Below, piece by piece: positions 20,053 through 29,676 of a stretch of 64,000 bases of DNA (position 1 is its first letter; each line of letters starts with the position of its first letter). The position numbers were made by a program, and so were the translations under genes. The stretch is from a virus. The DNA lies in IMG/VR virus record IMGVR_UViG_3300024054_000015, positions 1-64,000 of that record; one strand, 5' to 3'. The notes below the pieces were generated by a model, which did not search any database, had not been told where the DNA came from, and worked only from the letters and a program-made list of their open reading frames with translations.

Positions 20053-20226
20053 CTACTGTTTACCCTCCAGCTTGATCCTGTCGTAAACTTCCTGTCTATG
20101 CACTGGCATCTCTTTCGGGGCCTCGATGGCTATGCCCACCTTGTCTCCCCTAATGTAAGAGATAGAGATCCTGATGTTGTCACCAATCATGATCGACTCG
20201 CCAGCGTGTCTACTGAGAACTAGCAT
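20053..20226 (-). CDS. csrA: Carbon storage regulator CsrA homolog
   Basis: MLVLSRHAGESIMIGDNI...VGIAIEAPKEMPVHRQEVY; AAGGAG RBS. Confidence 0.93.
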   Translation of the reverse strand: MLVLSRHAGESIMIGDNIRISISYIRGDKVGIAIEAPKEMPVHRQEVYDRIKLEGKQ

Positions 20227-20380
20227 CTTGAACTCCTTTACGATCTGGTTCTGACCCTGTCTCATCAACTATCCCTAGATCATAGGCCTCCTCTAGAGAC
20301 AACTCTCCATGATGGAATGCACTTCGTGCGTCTTCTGTATCAATCGTTTGATCCAAGAAGTCGTCAGCCATATCTCCCAT
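20210..20380 (-). CDS. Small acidic hypothetical protein (56 aa)
   Basis: Own translation MGDMADDFLDQ...; GGAG RBS; below ORF track cutoff. Confidence 0.6.
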   Translation of the reverse strand: MGDMADDFLDQTIDTEDARSAFHHGELSLEEAYDLGIVDETGSEPDRKGVQDASSQ

Positions 20381-20383
20381 AAC

Positions 20384-21289
20384 TTACTCCTTCGTTGTAG
20401 GAAGTGAAGACCGGAGACCTAAGTAGATCGGGAACCGTGGAGCATCTCTAACTCCTGTGGGCTGGGACTTGTACTTGACAATCATACCACGTAGGAACTC
20501 TCTACAGTTCCAGAGAACCTTCCTGGTCTCATCGTCAAAGCCCGATCCTATGTTGAATATCACGCCACTGTGAATGTCAATCACTGTTAGTGATCCCAAT
20601 GTGTCCATTGGAATGAGATTGGCCTTGTGGGAGCTACGCTTGGTCCTGCCGAGCTCATCCAGCTTGGCCTCATTGGCGTTGTGCATCTTCTCCTCGACAC
20701 CTATGATAACGGCCTCAGAATCTGAGAACCGTTTTATCTTGAGCAGCCACCCCTCCTTCTCGGTGCTGCGTCCGAACTTGTAAGGACCGTAGGGGTCACG
20801 AACCATCACACCTTCAAAGCCTAGTGATAGTACGTGATGCTCGTACTCCTCCAGTTCTTCTGGGGTACTCATTCGGTCTGGTAGTACCAGTCGTACTGGA
20901 TCACTCGGAGTGGGACTCTTGCCGAATTGGTCGGCCAGTCTAGTAACCCTTATGTCGTATCCACACGTAGGGCTAGTTGCCAACCAGTCAAATACTTGAT
21001 ACTCGAAGTCAGGTGCTCCATCCCTGGACATGATGGCAGAACTGGTCTGCTGGAAAGTGCCCTCAGGTACGACCAACTCCCCGTCAAAGCCTACGGGGCA
21101 GATACTTTCTAGCTTGCCCCTAACGTACTCGTTGGGAATCGGCTTGAAGTTTCGGCTGACGGCAACCTTTCGATCGCCTTGCTGAATGATAAGACACCGA
21201 ATGCCATCCAGCTTAGGCGTCGCCAGCACTGGATACTTCAGCTTGTTGATGTCCGAACATTTCCCCGCTAACATGGGTTTCTCGATCAT
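20384..21289 (-). CDS. ATP-dependent DNA ligase
   Basis: KLDGIR (motif I), FDGEL, EGVMVR, LLKIK, GSGF, PRFP. Confidence 0.93.
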   Translation of the reverse strand: MIEKPMLAGKCSDINKLKYPVLATPKLDGIRCLIIQQGDRKVAVSRNFKPIPNEYVRGKLESICPVGFDGELVVPEGTFQQTSSAIMSRDGAPDFEYQVFDWLATSPTCGYDIRVTRLADQFGKSPTPSDPVRLVLPDRMSTPEELEEYEHHVLSLGFEGVMVRDPYGPYKFGRSTEKEGWLLKIKRFSDSEAVIIGVEEKMHNANEAKLDELGRTKRSSHKANLIPMDTLGSLTVIDIHSGVIFNIGSGFDDETRKVLWNCREFLRGMIVKYKSQPTGVRDAPRFPIYLGLRSSLPTTKE

Positions 21290-21584
21290 CTGGTTTCCTT
21301 CCAAACTTAACGGAAATTCCCTTGAGACCTAGCTTCTCGGCTAGGCCCCTAGCTTCCTCTAAACTCTTGACTAACCCCTGATCTGTATGCAACTCTAGGC
21401 TCCAACTAGAGGCATATACGGTAAGGTACTCTGGTCCTGAGTTGATTCTGGAGTGAGTAAAGGCTTTGCTCTCCTCCAGTTCGTTTGGGACGCGTACCGA
21501 AACGTCCTCTCCGTTCAACACCCTAAGCTCGCGCTCGAGCCTCCTAAGCTGCTCCTCAAGGATCCGGGTCTGTAGAGACTTCAT
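21213..21584 (-). CDS. Hypothetical protein
   Basis: 123 aa ORF in early arm. Confidence 0.6.
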   Translation of the reverse strand: MKSLQTRILEEQLRRLERELRVLNGEDVSVRVPNELEESKAFTHSRINSGPEYLTVYASSWSLELHTDQGLVKSLEEARGLAEKLGLKGISVKFGRKPDDRETHVSGEMFGHQQAEVSSAGDA

Positions 21585-21789
21585 CGCCAGAGTCCTCCAA
21601 CTTCTGAAACTTCTTTACAGTTTTCATAAAGATCTCTGGAGGATCTTCGTCCTGAAACCAAACGTGTGGCGTCTTGTTCTCCTTGATTGTGTGAGCTCTG
21701 AGGGCCTCCCTATTCTCTGGTGAGAAATGGGTTTCCTTCACATATAGAAAGTTCTCCGTGTCCTCCGGGTGCATTATGTAGATCTTCAT
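21556..21789 (-). CDS. Hypothetical protein
   Basis: GGAG RBS; HVWFQDE motif shared with ORF 22088. Confidence 0.6.
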   Translation of the reverse strand: MKIYIMHPEDTENFLYVKETHFSPENREALRAHTIKENKTPHVWFQDEDPPEIFMKTVKKFQKLEDSGDEVSTDPDP

Positions 21790-21790
21790 A

Positions 21791-22075
21791 TTATCTCCGG
21801 GAGATGTTAATCGCGTGATAGGTGTTGCCAGTGCGTTCATCCGTGACCTCCGTCATGGTCACGTGGCAGTAATCCCTGACCATGCCGTGGACGATGTTCT
21901 TCCGCACCGTACTCTGTACGGCTCTAGGAGCACAGCGTACTGCGAGGTTGACGATTCGTCCAATCTTGATGGCCAGATCCTTAGCGTCGATGCCTGGATT
22001 AGCCGCCGTCAGATCATTGATCAAAGCCACCACTTCCTTACGACCTTCTTCTGCAATCTCTAAGTAACGAGCCAT
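21791..22075 (-). CDS. Hypothetical protein
   Basis: AAGGAG RBS, 94 aa. Confidence 0.7.
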   Translation of the reverse strand: MARYLEIAEEGRKEVVALINDLTAANPGIDAKDLAIKIGRIVNLAVRCAPRAVQSTVRKNIVHGMVRDYCHVTMTEVTDERTGNTYHAINISRR

Positions 22076-22087
22076 GACTTGCTCCTT

Positions 22088-22300
22088 TCAGTTGGATCTA
22101 GCTGCATCTGCCTTCGGACCGTACACTGCCATTGGACCATCCACTGGATCTAGAACAGTTCCTCTTTCATCCTCGAACCAGACATGGGTTACGTCATAGA
22201 TCTCCTTTATGATCTTTCTGGTAAGCTCCCTATCGAACTCCGTCACAGACAGGGCTTCGCCACATTGCATCCCGATAGCATCCGCTGTGTAGTATCTCAT
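22088..22300 (-). CDS. Hypothetical protein
   Basis: HVWFEDE motif; starts just after helicase stop. Confidence 0.55.
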   Translation of the reverse strand: MRYYTADAIGMQCGEALSVTEFDRELTRKIIKEIYDVTHVWFEDERGTVLDPVDGPMAVYGPKADAARSN

Positions 22301-22301
22301 G

Positions 22302-24182
22302 TTACACCTTGTACCTTGAAATTTCCCCATCCTCGGTGATAACCGATACAAGGAACTTCCTGGAAATAGATCCGTCCTTGCGTACAACGTCTACGTACTG
22401 ACCCATCTTTCCGCTGGGACCGCGTACGACCCATTTTCCGGTCACCTTATCCATGGACCATGTGAACTCTCCTTCCGGTGGGCTTGAGGGTGTCGGTGGA
22501 ATTACAGTTGGAATCTCTACTGGAATCGGTGTGGAGGCAATGATGTACTCCACATCCAAGCTATCATCTCCTGTAAAGGTAGGACACTCTGTTATGTCTA
22601 ATTGTAGCTTGGCTCTGGTAACTGCGACGTAGACCAGCTTCTTGATGGCGTCGTCGCACTTGCTAAGGGTTGGGAAGTCGCTGGCAAGTGCGACTGTATC
22701 CCACTCACGTCCTTTGGCCTTGTGAGCCGTGCTGATGATAAGATCCGCATCCTTTTCCTGCGGCATGTTCTTCAGGGCATCCTTGATCACCTTGGCCCCG
22801 AAGGTGTCAATCAGCTTAACCATCAGCCGCAGGTCTTCACCCTCGTCCTGTTTGCTGTACTCCTGCACTTCTGTCCAGGAAGCAAAGCAGGCAAGCTCTG
22901 GGTGAGAGGTAGGCTTCAGTTTCTGTAGGCACTCAGCAGCTTCTACGAAGCTGATGACGTCTGAGCCGCCACCAACCAGGAAAGGTCGTAGACCGTTGCC
23001 AATCGCTGTGAGGAGCTTGGTCACTGCCATCGCATTGGTTCTGCAAAGGATGGCAACCGGATTCGCAATCGGTCCAACCACGCTCGGTATGCTCGGTAGA
23101 CCTTTGAGCCTTAGAGGCGTCGGCTCATCCAACGTCTCAAGCACGGCATTGGCTACCTGAGCAATCGCCTCGCCAAAGCGAAAGCTCTGGCTTAAGAAGC
23201 AGCGTGGCGCGTCCGGAAAGAAGGACATCGCGTTGATGGCTCCACGCCACTCATAGATCTGCTGGGCACTGTCGCCAACCAGGATCACTGGACACTTCTG
23301 CCGTCGTAGGATGTCCAGCATTACTGGCGCAGTGTCCTGAGCCTCATCCAGTAGGATGTAGTCAGCAGAGATTACTGGATCGCTCAACTGCCAGATCTTG
23401 ACGTAGTGGTCGTGTCCAAACGTCAGTTGCCCATCCTTGTCGCACAGGTCCTTCCAAGCCTTCAACGCAAAGGGCAGCAGGTATTCCCTGACCTTCTTGT
23501 TGTTGGTGTAGGTTCTCCTTTCATCCACAGGAGCGTCGATACCATCGATGTAACGAAAGTGATCGACCTTCAGTTCCATGTCTGCCGACTGGCAGAATCG
23601 CCGAATGGCGTCCAGCACCTTACCTGCCAGGAAGCCCGGAGCAATTCGCCTGGTCTCATCACCAAGCTCAAACTCGAAGGCTTCCAGTTCCAGCATCCTT
23701 GCCACCTGCTCACTCTTGATCCTTGGTCGGTTGAGCTTGTGAGCATACTGCTTTCCTACAGCCTGAAAGGCAAGGCTGTGAGTCGTGTTGCACTGTACTC
23801 GAGTCCCATGGAACTTGGGTTTCGTCTCGGCTACCAGTGCTGAATTGAAAGCTGTGTACTGTCCACGACCTTCCATGACGTCTGCTAACATTCGCAGAGT
23901 CGTGGTTTTTCCAGTACCTGCTCCAGCTTCAATTATCAGACACTTCTTAACTCTACCTCCCTCAACCAAGATGACTTGCTGCTCCTTGGTTGGCTTCTTG
24001 TCACTCTTTGGTCCTGTGGGCGGTTTCAGCCTCTCTATTATTGAGGCTGTCTTCGTCTCACTTGCCACCACTTTCCTGGCAGTAGGGACACACTCTGGAC
24101 ACACGTTCCAGTTCCCTATTGCTCGGGGCCTGTTTGTCGGCTGTCCACAGATCTGACAGTCAACTGGTTGTTTCTTAGGCAT
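22302..24182 (-). CDS. UvrD/Rep-like SF1 helicase
   Basis: AGAGTGKT, DEAQD, VGDSAQQIY, SFRFG, STAHKAKGREW, YVAVTRAK. Confidence 0.93.
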   Translation of the reverse strand: MPKKQPVDCQICGQPTNRPRAIGNWNVCPECVPTARKVVASETKTASIIERLKPPTGPKSDKKPTKEQQVILVEGGRVKKCLIIEAGAGTGKTTTLRMLADVMEGRGQYTAFNSALVAETKPKFHGTRVQCNTTHSLAFQAVGKQYAHKLNRPRIKSEQVARMLELEAFEFELGDETRRIAPGFLAGKVLDAIRRFCQSADMELKVDHFRYIDGIDAPVDERRTYTNNKKVREYLLPFALKAWKDLCDKDGQLTFGHDHYVKIWQLSDPVISADYILLDEAQDTAPVMLDILRRQKCPVILVGDSAQQIYEWRGAINAMSFFPDAPRCFLSQSFRFGEAIAQVANAVLETLDEPTPLRLKGLPSIPSVVGPIANPVAILCRTNAMAVTKLLTAIGNGLRPFLVGGGSDVISFVEAAECLQKLKPTSHPELACFASWTEVQEYSKQDEGEDLRLMVKLIDTFGAKVIKDALKNMPQEKDADLIISTAHKAKGREWDTVALASDFPTLSKCDDAIKKLVYVAVTRAKLQLDITECPTFTGDDSLDVEYIIASTPIPVEIPTVIPPTPSSPPEGEFTWSMDKVTGKWVVRGPSGKMGQYVDVVRKDGSISRKFLVSVITEDGEISRYKV

Positions 24183-24196
24183 GACACTGATCCCTC

Positions 24197-24397
24197 TTAA
24201 TGACCTTTGATCCTTCTCAACTCTGTACTAAATTCTAATGTTCCCCAATCAAGAACTTCCTGAACTCCTAGCTGCACACTTTTCGCTCCGAAAACTACTG
24301 GATCTTCTGCGGATCCCTTCACTGCCGAGCAGTTGCAGAACTTGATCCAGTTAGCCTTGGTGAACTTCCACAATTCACCGTCAAGTAGAACATACAT
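24197..24397 (-). CDS. Hypothetical protein
   Basis: AAGGAGG RBS. Confidence 0.65.
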   Translation of the reverse strand: MYVLLDGELWKFTKANWIKFCNCSAVKGSAEDPVVFGAKSVQLGVQEVLDWGTLEFSTELRRIKGH

Positions 24398-24482
24398 CGT
24401 AACCTCCTTCTAGTAGAGTGTCAATCAACACTGCACACTGCCGCAGCAGATCTTTCCAGGATCCCTGCGGGAGTTTGAAGTG

Positions 24483-24776
24483 TTACATGCCGTACCTACT
24501 GTGAGGGAAAGCCTTCTTGCAGATCTGCTCCTGCCTCTTGCGAGGCTGCTTCTCCAACCACTCCACAGCCTCGTTGTCTCCGCCGTGGGACATCGGATAT
24601 CCTCCAGTGAATCCGCAGGATGTAACCGACTCGATTACTTGGGATCTGGTCATTACAGCCCGCTCGATGCTCTTGGCTTCCCCACAGTCAACCATGCACT
24701 GAAGGGTGTCCGGTCCAATCGCCTGCCATGTGGCATCCAGTGCGCGAATGGCTCGTTTCTCCATGTCGTCTGTCAT
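24483..24776 (-). CDS. Hypothetical protein
   Basis: Coupled early ORF. Confidence 0.65.
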   Translation of the reverse strand: MTDDMEKRAIRALDATWQAIGPDTLQCMVDCGEAKSIERAVMTRSQVIESVTSCGFTGGYPMSHGGDNEAVEWLEKQPRKRQEQICKKAFPHSRYGM

Positions 24777-25000
24777 CTGTCAAGTCTCCCTTTGAATTGA
24801 TTCACAGCATCAAAGAAGTTTTCGCTGTAGTGCCCGAACTCGGTACTACCGTCTGGAAAGAATCTCCAGGAGACATACTCTCCATCAGGTCTACCTCCCT
24901 TGTTCCAATGGCAAAGAACATAAATGTTTCCGCAGCGGCTCTCCATTCCTGTTAGGACTACCGCTCCGTTTTCTAGAATGGTTCCAGGTTTTGGAATCAT
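24773..25000 (-). CDS. Hypothetical protein
   Basis: Coupled early ORF. Confidence 0.65.
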   Translation of the reverse strand: MIPKPGTILENGAVVLTGMESRCGNIYVLCHWNKGGRPDGEYVSWRFFPDGSTEFGHYSENFFDAVNQFKGRLDR

Positions 25001-25212
25001 GATGGCCTCCGGCTCAGTCTACGAGGGGGCTCTCTGCGAACAGGCTGCTCCTCTGGAAGAAGAGGCTGTGCTAACGGCTCTTGCTCACAGGGGTCAATTG
25101 GTCTCACTTGTATGTCTCCGTCCATGTTGATACCGAATCCCATCAAGTTGGTCGTGATAGCCATGCGGCCTCTAACGACACCATCCACTACTAGTTCGTA
25201 ATACTGAATCAT
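24997..25212 (-). CDS. Hypothetical protein
   Basis: Coupled early ORF. Confidence 0.6.
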   Translation of the reverse strand: MIQYYELVVDGVVRGRMAITTNLMGFGINMDGDIQVRPIDPCEQEPLAQPLLPEEQPVRREPPRRLSRRPS

Positions 25213-26441
25213 CTGATCGGACCTCCCTGAAAGTAGTCCTCAAACAAGTGTCGAACTTCTTTACTCACTGGACTGTTGCACGGTCCACTCACCTGAACTA
25301 TAGCTCCGGCTCTCGTTTCGATTTGGCCCAGAGCTATCGGCTTTCCACCTCCGTTTCTAAGAACCAGTAGCACACTGGTCCTCTTGTCTATGGGATCGTG
25401 GTAGTTGGCAGCACAGTTATGAAGAGCCACCCCAATCTCCACGAGCTCACCGTAAGTCCTAACTGGACCAATGGTCGTTTCACCAACCTCCACAGTTGGG
25501 AACCTGTCTACCCAATCGTAGACGTACTCTTTGGGAACCGTCGGCACCCAAGGATGGCCCCATCTCTCACGATTCGCGGCGTCTATAGCCTCGATCGTAG
25601 CGAACAGCCTTTCTGGTGGCATGGCTAAGACTTGATCAAACTCTTCGTCACGAAGTCTGGTGACCTCGTCCAGTCTGCCCATTCTGTTCTCCACCCTAAA
25701 CCAGTCTCTGTACCTCCAGATGTACTCCAGGAGTCGCTTGATCTCCAGGCGCTTCTCCTTGGACTTCCAATACCATTTAGATGGAGTTAGTATCCCCTGC
25801 GACGTACCATAGCCTAGAGCTATGATATAGTCTGGAGGAACTATCGCCAGATCATTGACTTGTTGCAGAACCGTCTGCAAGTCAAACTTCCAGAGGATGA
25901 AGAAGTCCTTTCCCCTTTTGTACTTCATCCAAGTCTCCCTGACGTAAGGATCCTCGCAGAAGCAGAACTCGAGGTTATCTCTGTGAGGAACCTTCTTGTC
26001 ACCAAAGATCCTGGTGTAGTTGTCGGCAGCTTTGACTGCCCGAAGATAGAACTTCGGCTGTGCAGCTTTGATGTGCCGATAGAGAATGCCTGCTGGAATG
26101 CAGTCCTTGTCCAACTCATCCAGCGTTACATTCCCTCTACAGGTGTTAGACAGAATCATCAGGAACCTCTCAATAGAGGTATCAATCCTGTTCCCTCCAG
26201 CCCAAGCTCTGAGCTTTCCATTCTTAAGAGTCGGTTCTAAAGAAGGAACACGGCTATGCCATACAGACTCTGCTGCTGCGATAGCCCATCTCACGGACAG
26301 CTCTCTACTGTGTCCGCGTTCCCGAGCCTTCTTGTAGTTCTCGATCATCTTAACGGCATTCGGCAAGAGTGCATGATGCCGTCCGATGTCGTTTACCCAA
26401 CGAGGCTTGCCTGAAGACAAGCATGGAGTGCTCCAAGGCAT
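25209..26441 (-). CDS. PcfJ-like domain protein
   Basis: C-terminal ELVEIGVALHNCAANY...QVSGPCN. Confidence 0.65.
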   Translation of the reverse strand: MPWSTPCLSSGKPRWVNDIGRHHALLPNAVKMIENYKKARERGHSRELSVRWAIAAAESVWHSRVPSLEPTLKNGKLRAWAGGNRIDTSIERFLMILSNTCRGNVTLDELDKDCIPAGILYRHIKAAQPKFYLRAVKAADNYTRIFGDKKVPHRDNLEFCFCEDPYVRETWMKYKRGKDFFILWKFDLQTVLQQVNDLAIVPPDYIIALGYGTSQGILTPSKWYWKSKEKRLEIKRLLEYIWRYRDWFRVENRMGRLDEVTRLRDEEFDQVLAMPPERLFATIEAIDAANRERWGHPWVPTVPKEYVYDWVDRFPTVEVGETTIGPVRTYGELVEIGVALHNCAANYHDPIDKRTSVLLVLRNGGGKPIALGQIETRAGAIVQVSGPCNSPVSKEVRHLFEDYFQGGPIR

Positions 26442-26731
26442 TACAAATCCTCCGCAGAAAGAACTGCGATCACAGTGGACATGTCTGAAGCCAACCCTCT
26501 TGGTGATACAGGGTGATCTGGCACCTTCTTGTGAGTGTTGTTCGGTCCATAAACCAGGATCACCCGCTGTCCTAGATATGAACTGTCCAGCATCTGGCAC
26601 TCCAGCATGAACCATCCAGTAGGACGATAGTCACGCTTCTGCCTCAGCAAGATCTCTTTGAGACCTTCTGGAGTTTGCTCCTGTCTGTCGCAATACAGTT
26701 TTGCGAACTCATCGAACTTCACTTGCTTCAT
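26441..26731 (-). CDS. Hypothetical protein
   Basis: Coupled early ORF. Confidence 0.65.
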   Translation of the reverse strand: MKQVKFDEFAKLYCDRQEQTPEGLKEILLRQKRDYRPTGWFMLECQMLDSSYLGQRVILVYGPNNTHKKVPDHPVSPRGLASDMSTVIAVLSAEDL

Positions 26732-26809
26732 TTCCTTTCCCCTAAACTAAGGTTACCGAACTCTACCAAGAGCCAACCGAGGCTCACACTCCCTCGGTTG
26801 GTTGCTTGG

Positions 26810-27142
26810 TCAGTTAGGTCGCTTGAATGTCAGGTGAATGTTGAAACTGTTCGTCTTGGCACCATCAAAGAGCCAACCATCGTTTCTCATACGAGCGATG
26901 AATCTTTGTACGTTCTCCTCCTCTTCCAACTCGGTTGGGGGTCGTGGAATCACTATGACCTTGGTCGTGTAATCCTGATCCACTCGAGCCTTGCAGGGAT
27001 TTTCTTCCAGACACTTATTCCACATGTCTGTTTCCTTTTGTGTAATTCCCGGTCCTGCCGGAGCAGACTGTGCTAAGACCAGTCGCTTTGTGCTTTCCAC
27101 GAACTTGCAGGCTTCGCAAACGCCGCAGCGAATTGTGATCAT
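26810..27142 (-). CDS. Hypothetical protein with CxxCxxC motif
   Basis: RCGVCEAC. Confidence 0.6.
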   Translation of the reverse strand: MITIRCGVCEACKFVESTKRLVLAQSAPAGPGITQKETDMWNKCLEENPCKARVDQDYTTKVIVIPRPPTELEEEENVQRFIARMRNDGWLFDGAKTNSFNIHLTFKRPN

Positions 27143-27603
27143 GATGCTCTTCCTATGCTGACGTTGAATTGAGCACAGAAGCTTCGCTTCGGGTTGGGTA
27201 ACTCGATTCCGTCCAGTGTGTCAATGTCAAATGGCTCACTGGCATTGCCGAGAGGGGCTGGCATCGTTCTGTACCACCACCACTTGACTCCATCACCATC
27301 CACATACTCCGGACAGTTCTCGTCCAAGCCTGCACAGGCTTTGGAGAAGTCACTGGTCATGTAGTCCTTCCAATCTCCATCACCCGGCTTGATGAGCCAC
27401 CTTTCCAACTTGCCCTCATCAGCGGCCTCATCAAAGGCATCCTGAAGGTTAGAAGCAAACACGATGCACACCGGGAATCCATGGTCGTGAATCAACCACG
27501 GCACAACCTTGTGTGGATTGGACTCACCATCCGGAATCCAGTTGTCCAGATTCACGACATCGCTGTCAGAGAACTGGATTTCCCTGAACTTACTCATACT
27601 CAC
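27139..27603 (-). CDS. Hypothetical protein
   Basis: 154 aa, coupled. Confidence 0.7.
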   Translation of the reverse strand: MSMSKFREIQFSDSDVVNLDNWIPDGESNPHKVVPWLIHDHGFPVCIVFASNLQDAFDEAADEGKLERWLIKPGDGDWKDYMTSDFSKACAGLDENCPEYVDGDGVKWWWYRTMPAPLGNASEPFDIDTLDGIELPNPKRSFCAQFNVSIGRAS

Positions 27604-27947
27604 TGTTCTTCTCCTCTGTAGATCTCGTCCGCATCACCGGACTCGTCTGTATGGAGGTAAAGCTTCTGTCCACATGAACAGTAAGCGAATCCCTCCTTTA
27701 CCTCCAGGATACCTTCAACAGCCCAATAGGTCTCACCGCAGGAGTCGTTCGGGTAGAACTTCCCGCAGTTGTGACACCAGAATCCTGCCCCTCCACACCA
27801 GAGCCGATTGTCTTCCTTGATCGATTCCGTGCATTCCTCTGCACAGGCAAGGTTCTTCCTGCCGCAGAATCCACAGATCTCATCAGGACCTTCGGCTGGT
27901 CCACAGTGAGGGTTCATGAACCACTCTTCTCTAGTAGTCATTGGCAT
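27600..27947 (-). CDS. Zn-finger-like hypothetical protein
   Basis: Several CxxC motifs; AAGGAG RBS. Confidence 0.65.
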   Translation of the reverse strand: MPMTTREEWFMNPHCGPAEGPDEICGFCGRKNLACAEECTESIKEDNRLWCGGAGFWCHNCGKFYPNDSCGETYWAVEGILEVKEGFAYCSCGQKLYLHTDESGDADEIYRGEEQ

Positions 27948-27994
27948 CTCCTTAGGTCTACTACGCTTCTCTCAGAGACTTCCCAACCGAAGGA

Positions 27995-28384
27995 TCACCA
28001 CCGACCATGCGTCCACGTGCTCTCCTTGAGTTCGGACATCTTGTAGATCAAGGCCGGTTCTTTGAGGTACAACCCGTCCTCCGGATCCTCGTGCAGTTCC
28101 CAGTCCACGAAGGCTGCACTGTCGTATCGCAGCATGTCTTCCGGAAAGGAAAACAAGCCTCGGGCAACTCCGATGTGAACCCATCGGTACTTGACCGGAC
28201 ACTTCTTCAGGTCTGTGATCGGCAACCAGACGGCAGTCGCCGCTTGCGAGGGCACCATCCGCACGTAGATCTGTGCATCCGGTGCGTCGCTGGTCGGATA
28301 GGAAACCGTCTCCACTATCCGTCGTCTCTTGCTGGTTGGCAACTGAACCGTCGCCAACTCCCAAGGTTTCCACCTACTGTCCAT
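27995..28384 (-). CDS. Hypothetical protein
   Basis: 129 aa; frame choice versus 27972-28373 uncertain. Confidence 0.5.
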   Translation of the reverse strand: MDSRWKPWELATVQLPTSKRRRIVETVSYPTSDAPDAQIYVRMVPSQAATAVWLPITDLKKCPVKYRWVHIGVARGLFSFPEDMLRYDSAAFVDWELHEDPEDGLYLKEPALIYKMSELKESTWTHGRW

Positions 28385-28580
28385 CAGCGTTCTCCTGACT
28401 GGCTGGAATCAAGACTTCCATCATGTTCCAGATGAGGTCATTGTAACCGATGATCCCTTCCCACTGAAGGAATCTCTCCAAAACCTCTCGGGGCCGCATG
28501 TTGGCGATATCTTCCTCCGTGTACCCAGCATCATCCAGGGAATCCACGACCATCATTGGTAGTCTTTCAACGTCGATCAT
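28374..28580 (-). CDS. Hypothetical protein
   Basis: TAGGAG RBS; WEGIIGY motif. Confidence 0.65.
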   Translation of the reverse strand: MIDVERLPMMVVDSLDDAGYTEEDIANMRPREVLERFLQWEGIIGYNDLIWNMMEVLIPASQENADGQ

Positions 28581-28611
28581 ATTGACATCTCCTAAGCTAA
28601 ACCGAACACTA

Positions 28612-28666
28612 GAAACACAGCCCTCACGGTAGGAATCGCACCTACTCTCGATCGCGTCTGTGAGGG
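28612..28666 (-). promoter_or_regulatory. tRNA-like mini-structure in 5' leader, copy 1
   Basis: CCCTCAC/GTGAGGG stem plus GTAGG-TGCGATT-CCTAC arm, then CTGTGTTTC. Confidence 0.5.
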
Positions 28667-28808
28667 TTAGCCCATCTTTACGAGTTTACCAGACTCTGGG
28701 CTGTAGCATGGGTCACCTCCTTTCATTTCGTTGCGCTTAGGGGATGCAACGAAACCCATCAAAGGAGTCTGCTGGCAGAGTCAACCACCAGCAGACTTGA
28801 CCTCATGC

Positions 28809-29513
28809 TTACTCCTGGGCCTTGGCCTTCTTCAGTTCCTCACGACCCTTGGCCGTGATCTTGAACCGCTTCCCTCGCACCCCCTCCTCCGGCACGAGCT
28901 CTTCGAGCAGCCCGCCTTCCACGATCTGGGGCAGCTTCTTGCCCTTCTGGATTCCAGTGCTGTCGGCGATCTCACTGGCAGTCCGAATGTTGCCGTCATC
29001 CATGGCCTCCAGCACCTTGATCATGTTCGGCGTCAAGCCATTGAATGACTTCCGGCCTTCCCCCTTGGCCCTCGCCAGCTTCGGCAGCGGTCCAATCGAG
29101 GCCCGGTGCTTCTTGGCATCCTCCAGAATGCTCCACTCCTCGGTGTACTCCAGTTCCCGTTGGGCTTTCGCCACAGCGGCATCGGCCAGAGCGATCTCCT
29201 CCTCCTTCTTGGCCCTCTCAGCCAAGGCCAACTTCTTCTCGTTTTCCTTGGCCTCCTTCTTGGAGTTCTTCTCCTTTTTCTCCTTCTCCTGGGCTTGCTT
29301 CAGCTCCTTCTTGAGCTCCTCCATCTTCCGCTTGATGGCCTCCTTGGCCTCGTTCTGGGCCTTGGCCTTCTTGACGTTCTCCTCGTCCATCTTCTTCTCC
29401 TCGGGGGTCGTGGCGGGCTTCCCAACCGGCAGGGGCTTCGTGGTCCCCTCGGCGGCCTTCTTCTTCTGCTCCTCGGCCTTCTGCTGGTTCTGCGGGTTCT
29501 GATTCTTAGCCAT
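28809..29513 (-). CDS. Lys/Glu-rich coiled-coil protein with C-terminal winged helix
   Basis: LTPNMIKVL...TASEIADSTGI...GKRFKITAKGRE; paralog at 48951. Confidence 0.75.
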   Translation of the reverse strand: MAKNQNPQNQQKAEEQKKKAAEGTTKPLPVGKPATTPEEKKMDEENVKKAKAQNEAKEAIKRKMEELKKELKQAQEKEKKEKNSKKEAKENEKKLALAERAKKEEEIALADAAVAKAQRELEYTEEWSILEDAKKHRASIGPLPKLARAKGEGRKSFNGLTPNMIKVLEAMDDGNIRTASEIADSTGIQKGKKLPQIVEGGLLEELVPEEGVRGKRFKITAKGREELKKAKAQE

Positions 29514-29557
29514 CTGTTGCTCCTGCGCTCCTAAGCGCTGTAAACGAAACGAAACAC

Positions 29558-29609
29558 GAAACACAGCCCTCCGCCGAGTAACGACACTCGGTACGATCCT
29601 CTCCGGAGG
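29558..29609 (-). promoter_or_regulatory. tRNA-like mini-structure in 5' leader, copy 2
   Basis: CCTCCG/CGGAGG stem plus CCGAG/CTCGG arm, then CTGTGTTTC; 14-mer identical to copy 1. Confidence 0.5.
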
Positions 29610-29660
29610 CTCCAAGGATCACTGCCAAAGTGGCAACCCTTGGCAAGCACTGGCAACTAG

Positions 29661-29676
29661 AGCAAATGCCGTGCCA
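29661..29676 (-). promoter_or_regulatory. Sigma54 (RpoN) -24/-12 promoter
   Basis: Minus strand TGGCACGGCATTTGCT matches the consensus; intergenic. Confidence 0.75.

Noticed and set aside
28822-29534. Long plus-strand Phe/Ser/Leu-rich ORFs
   Set aside because: Antisense shadows of the Lys/Glu-rich gene 28809-29513.
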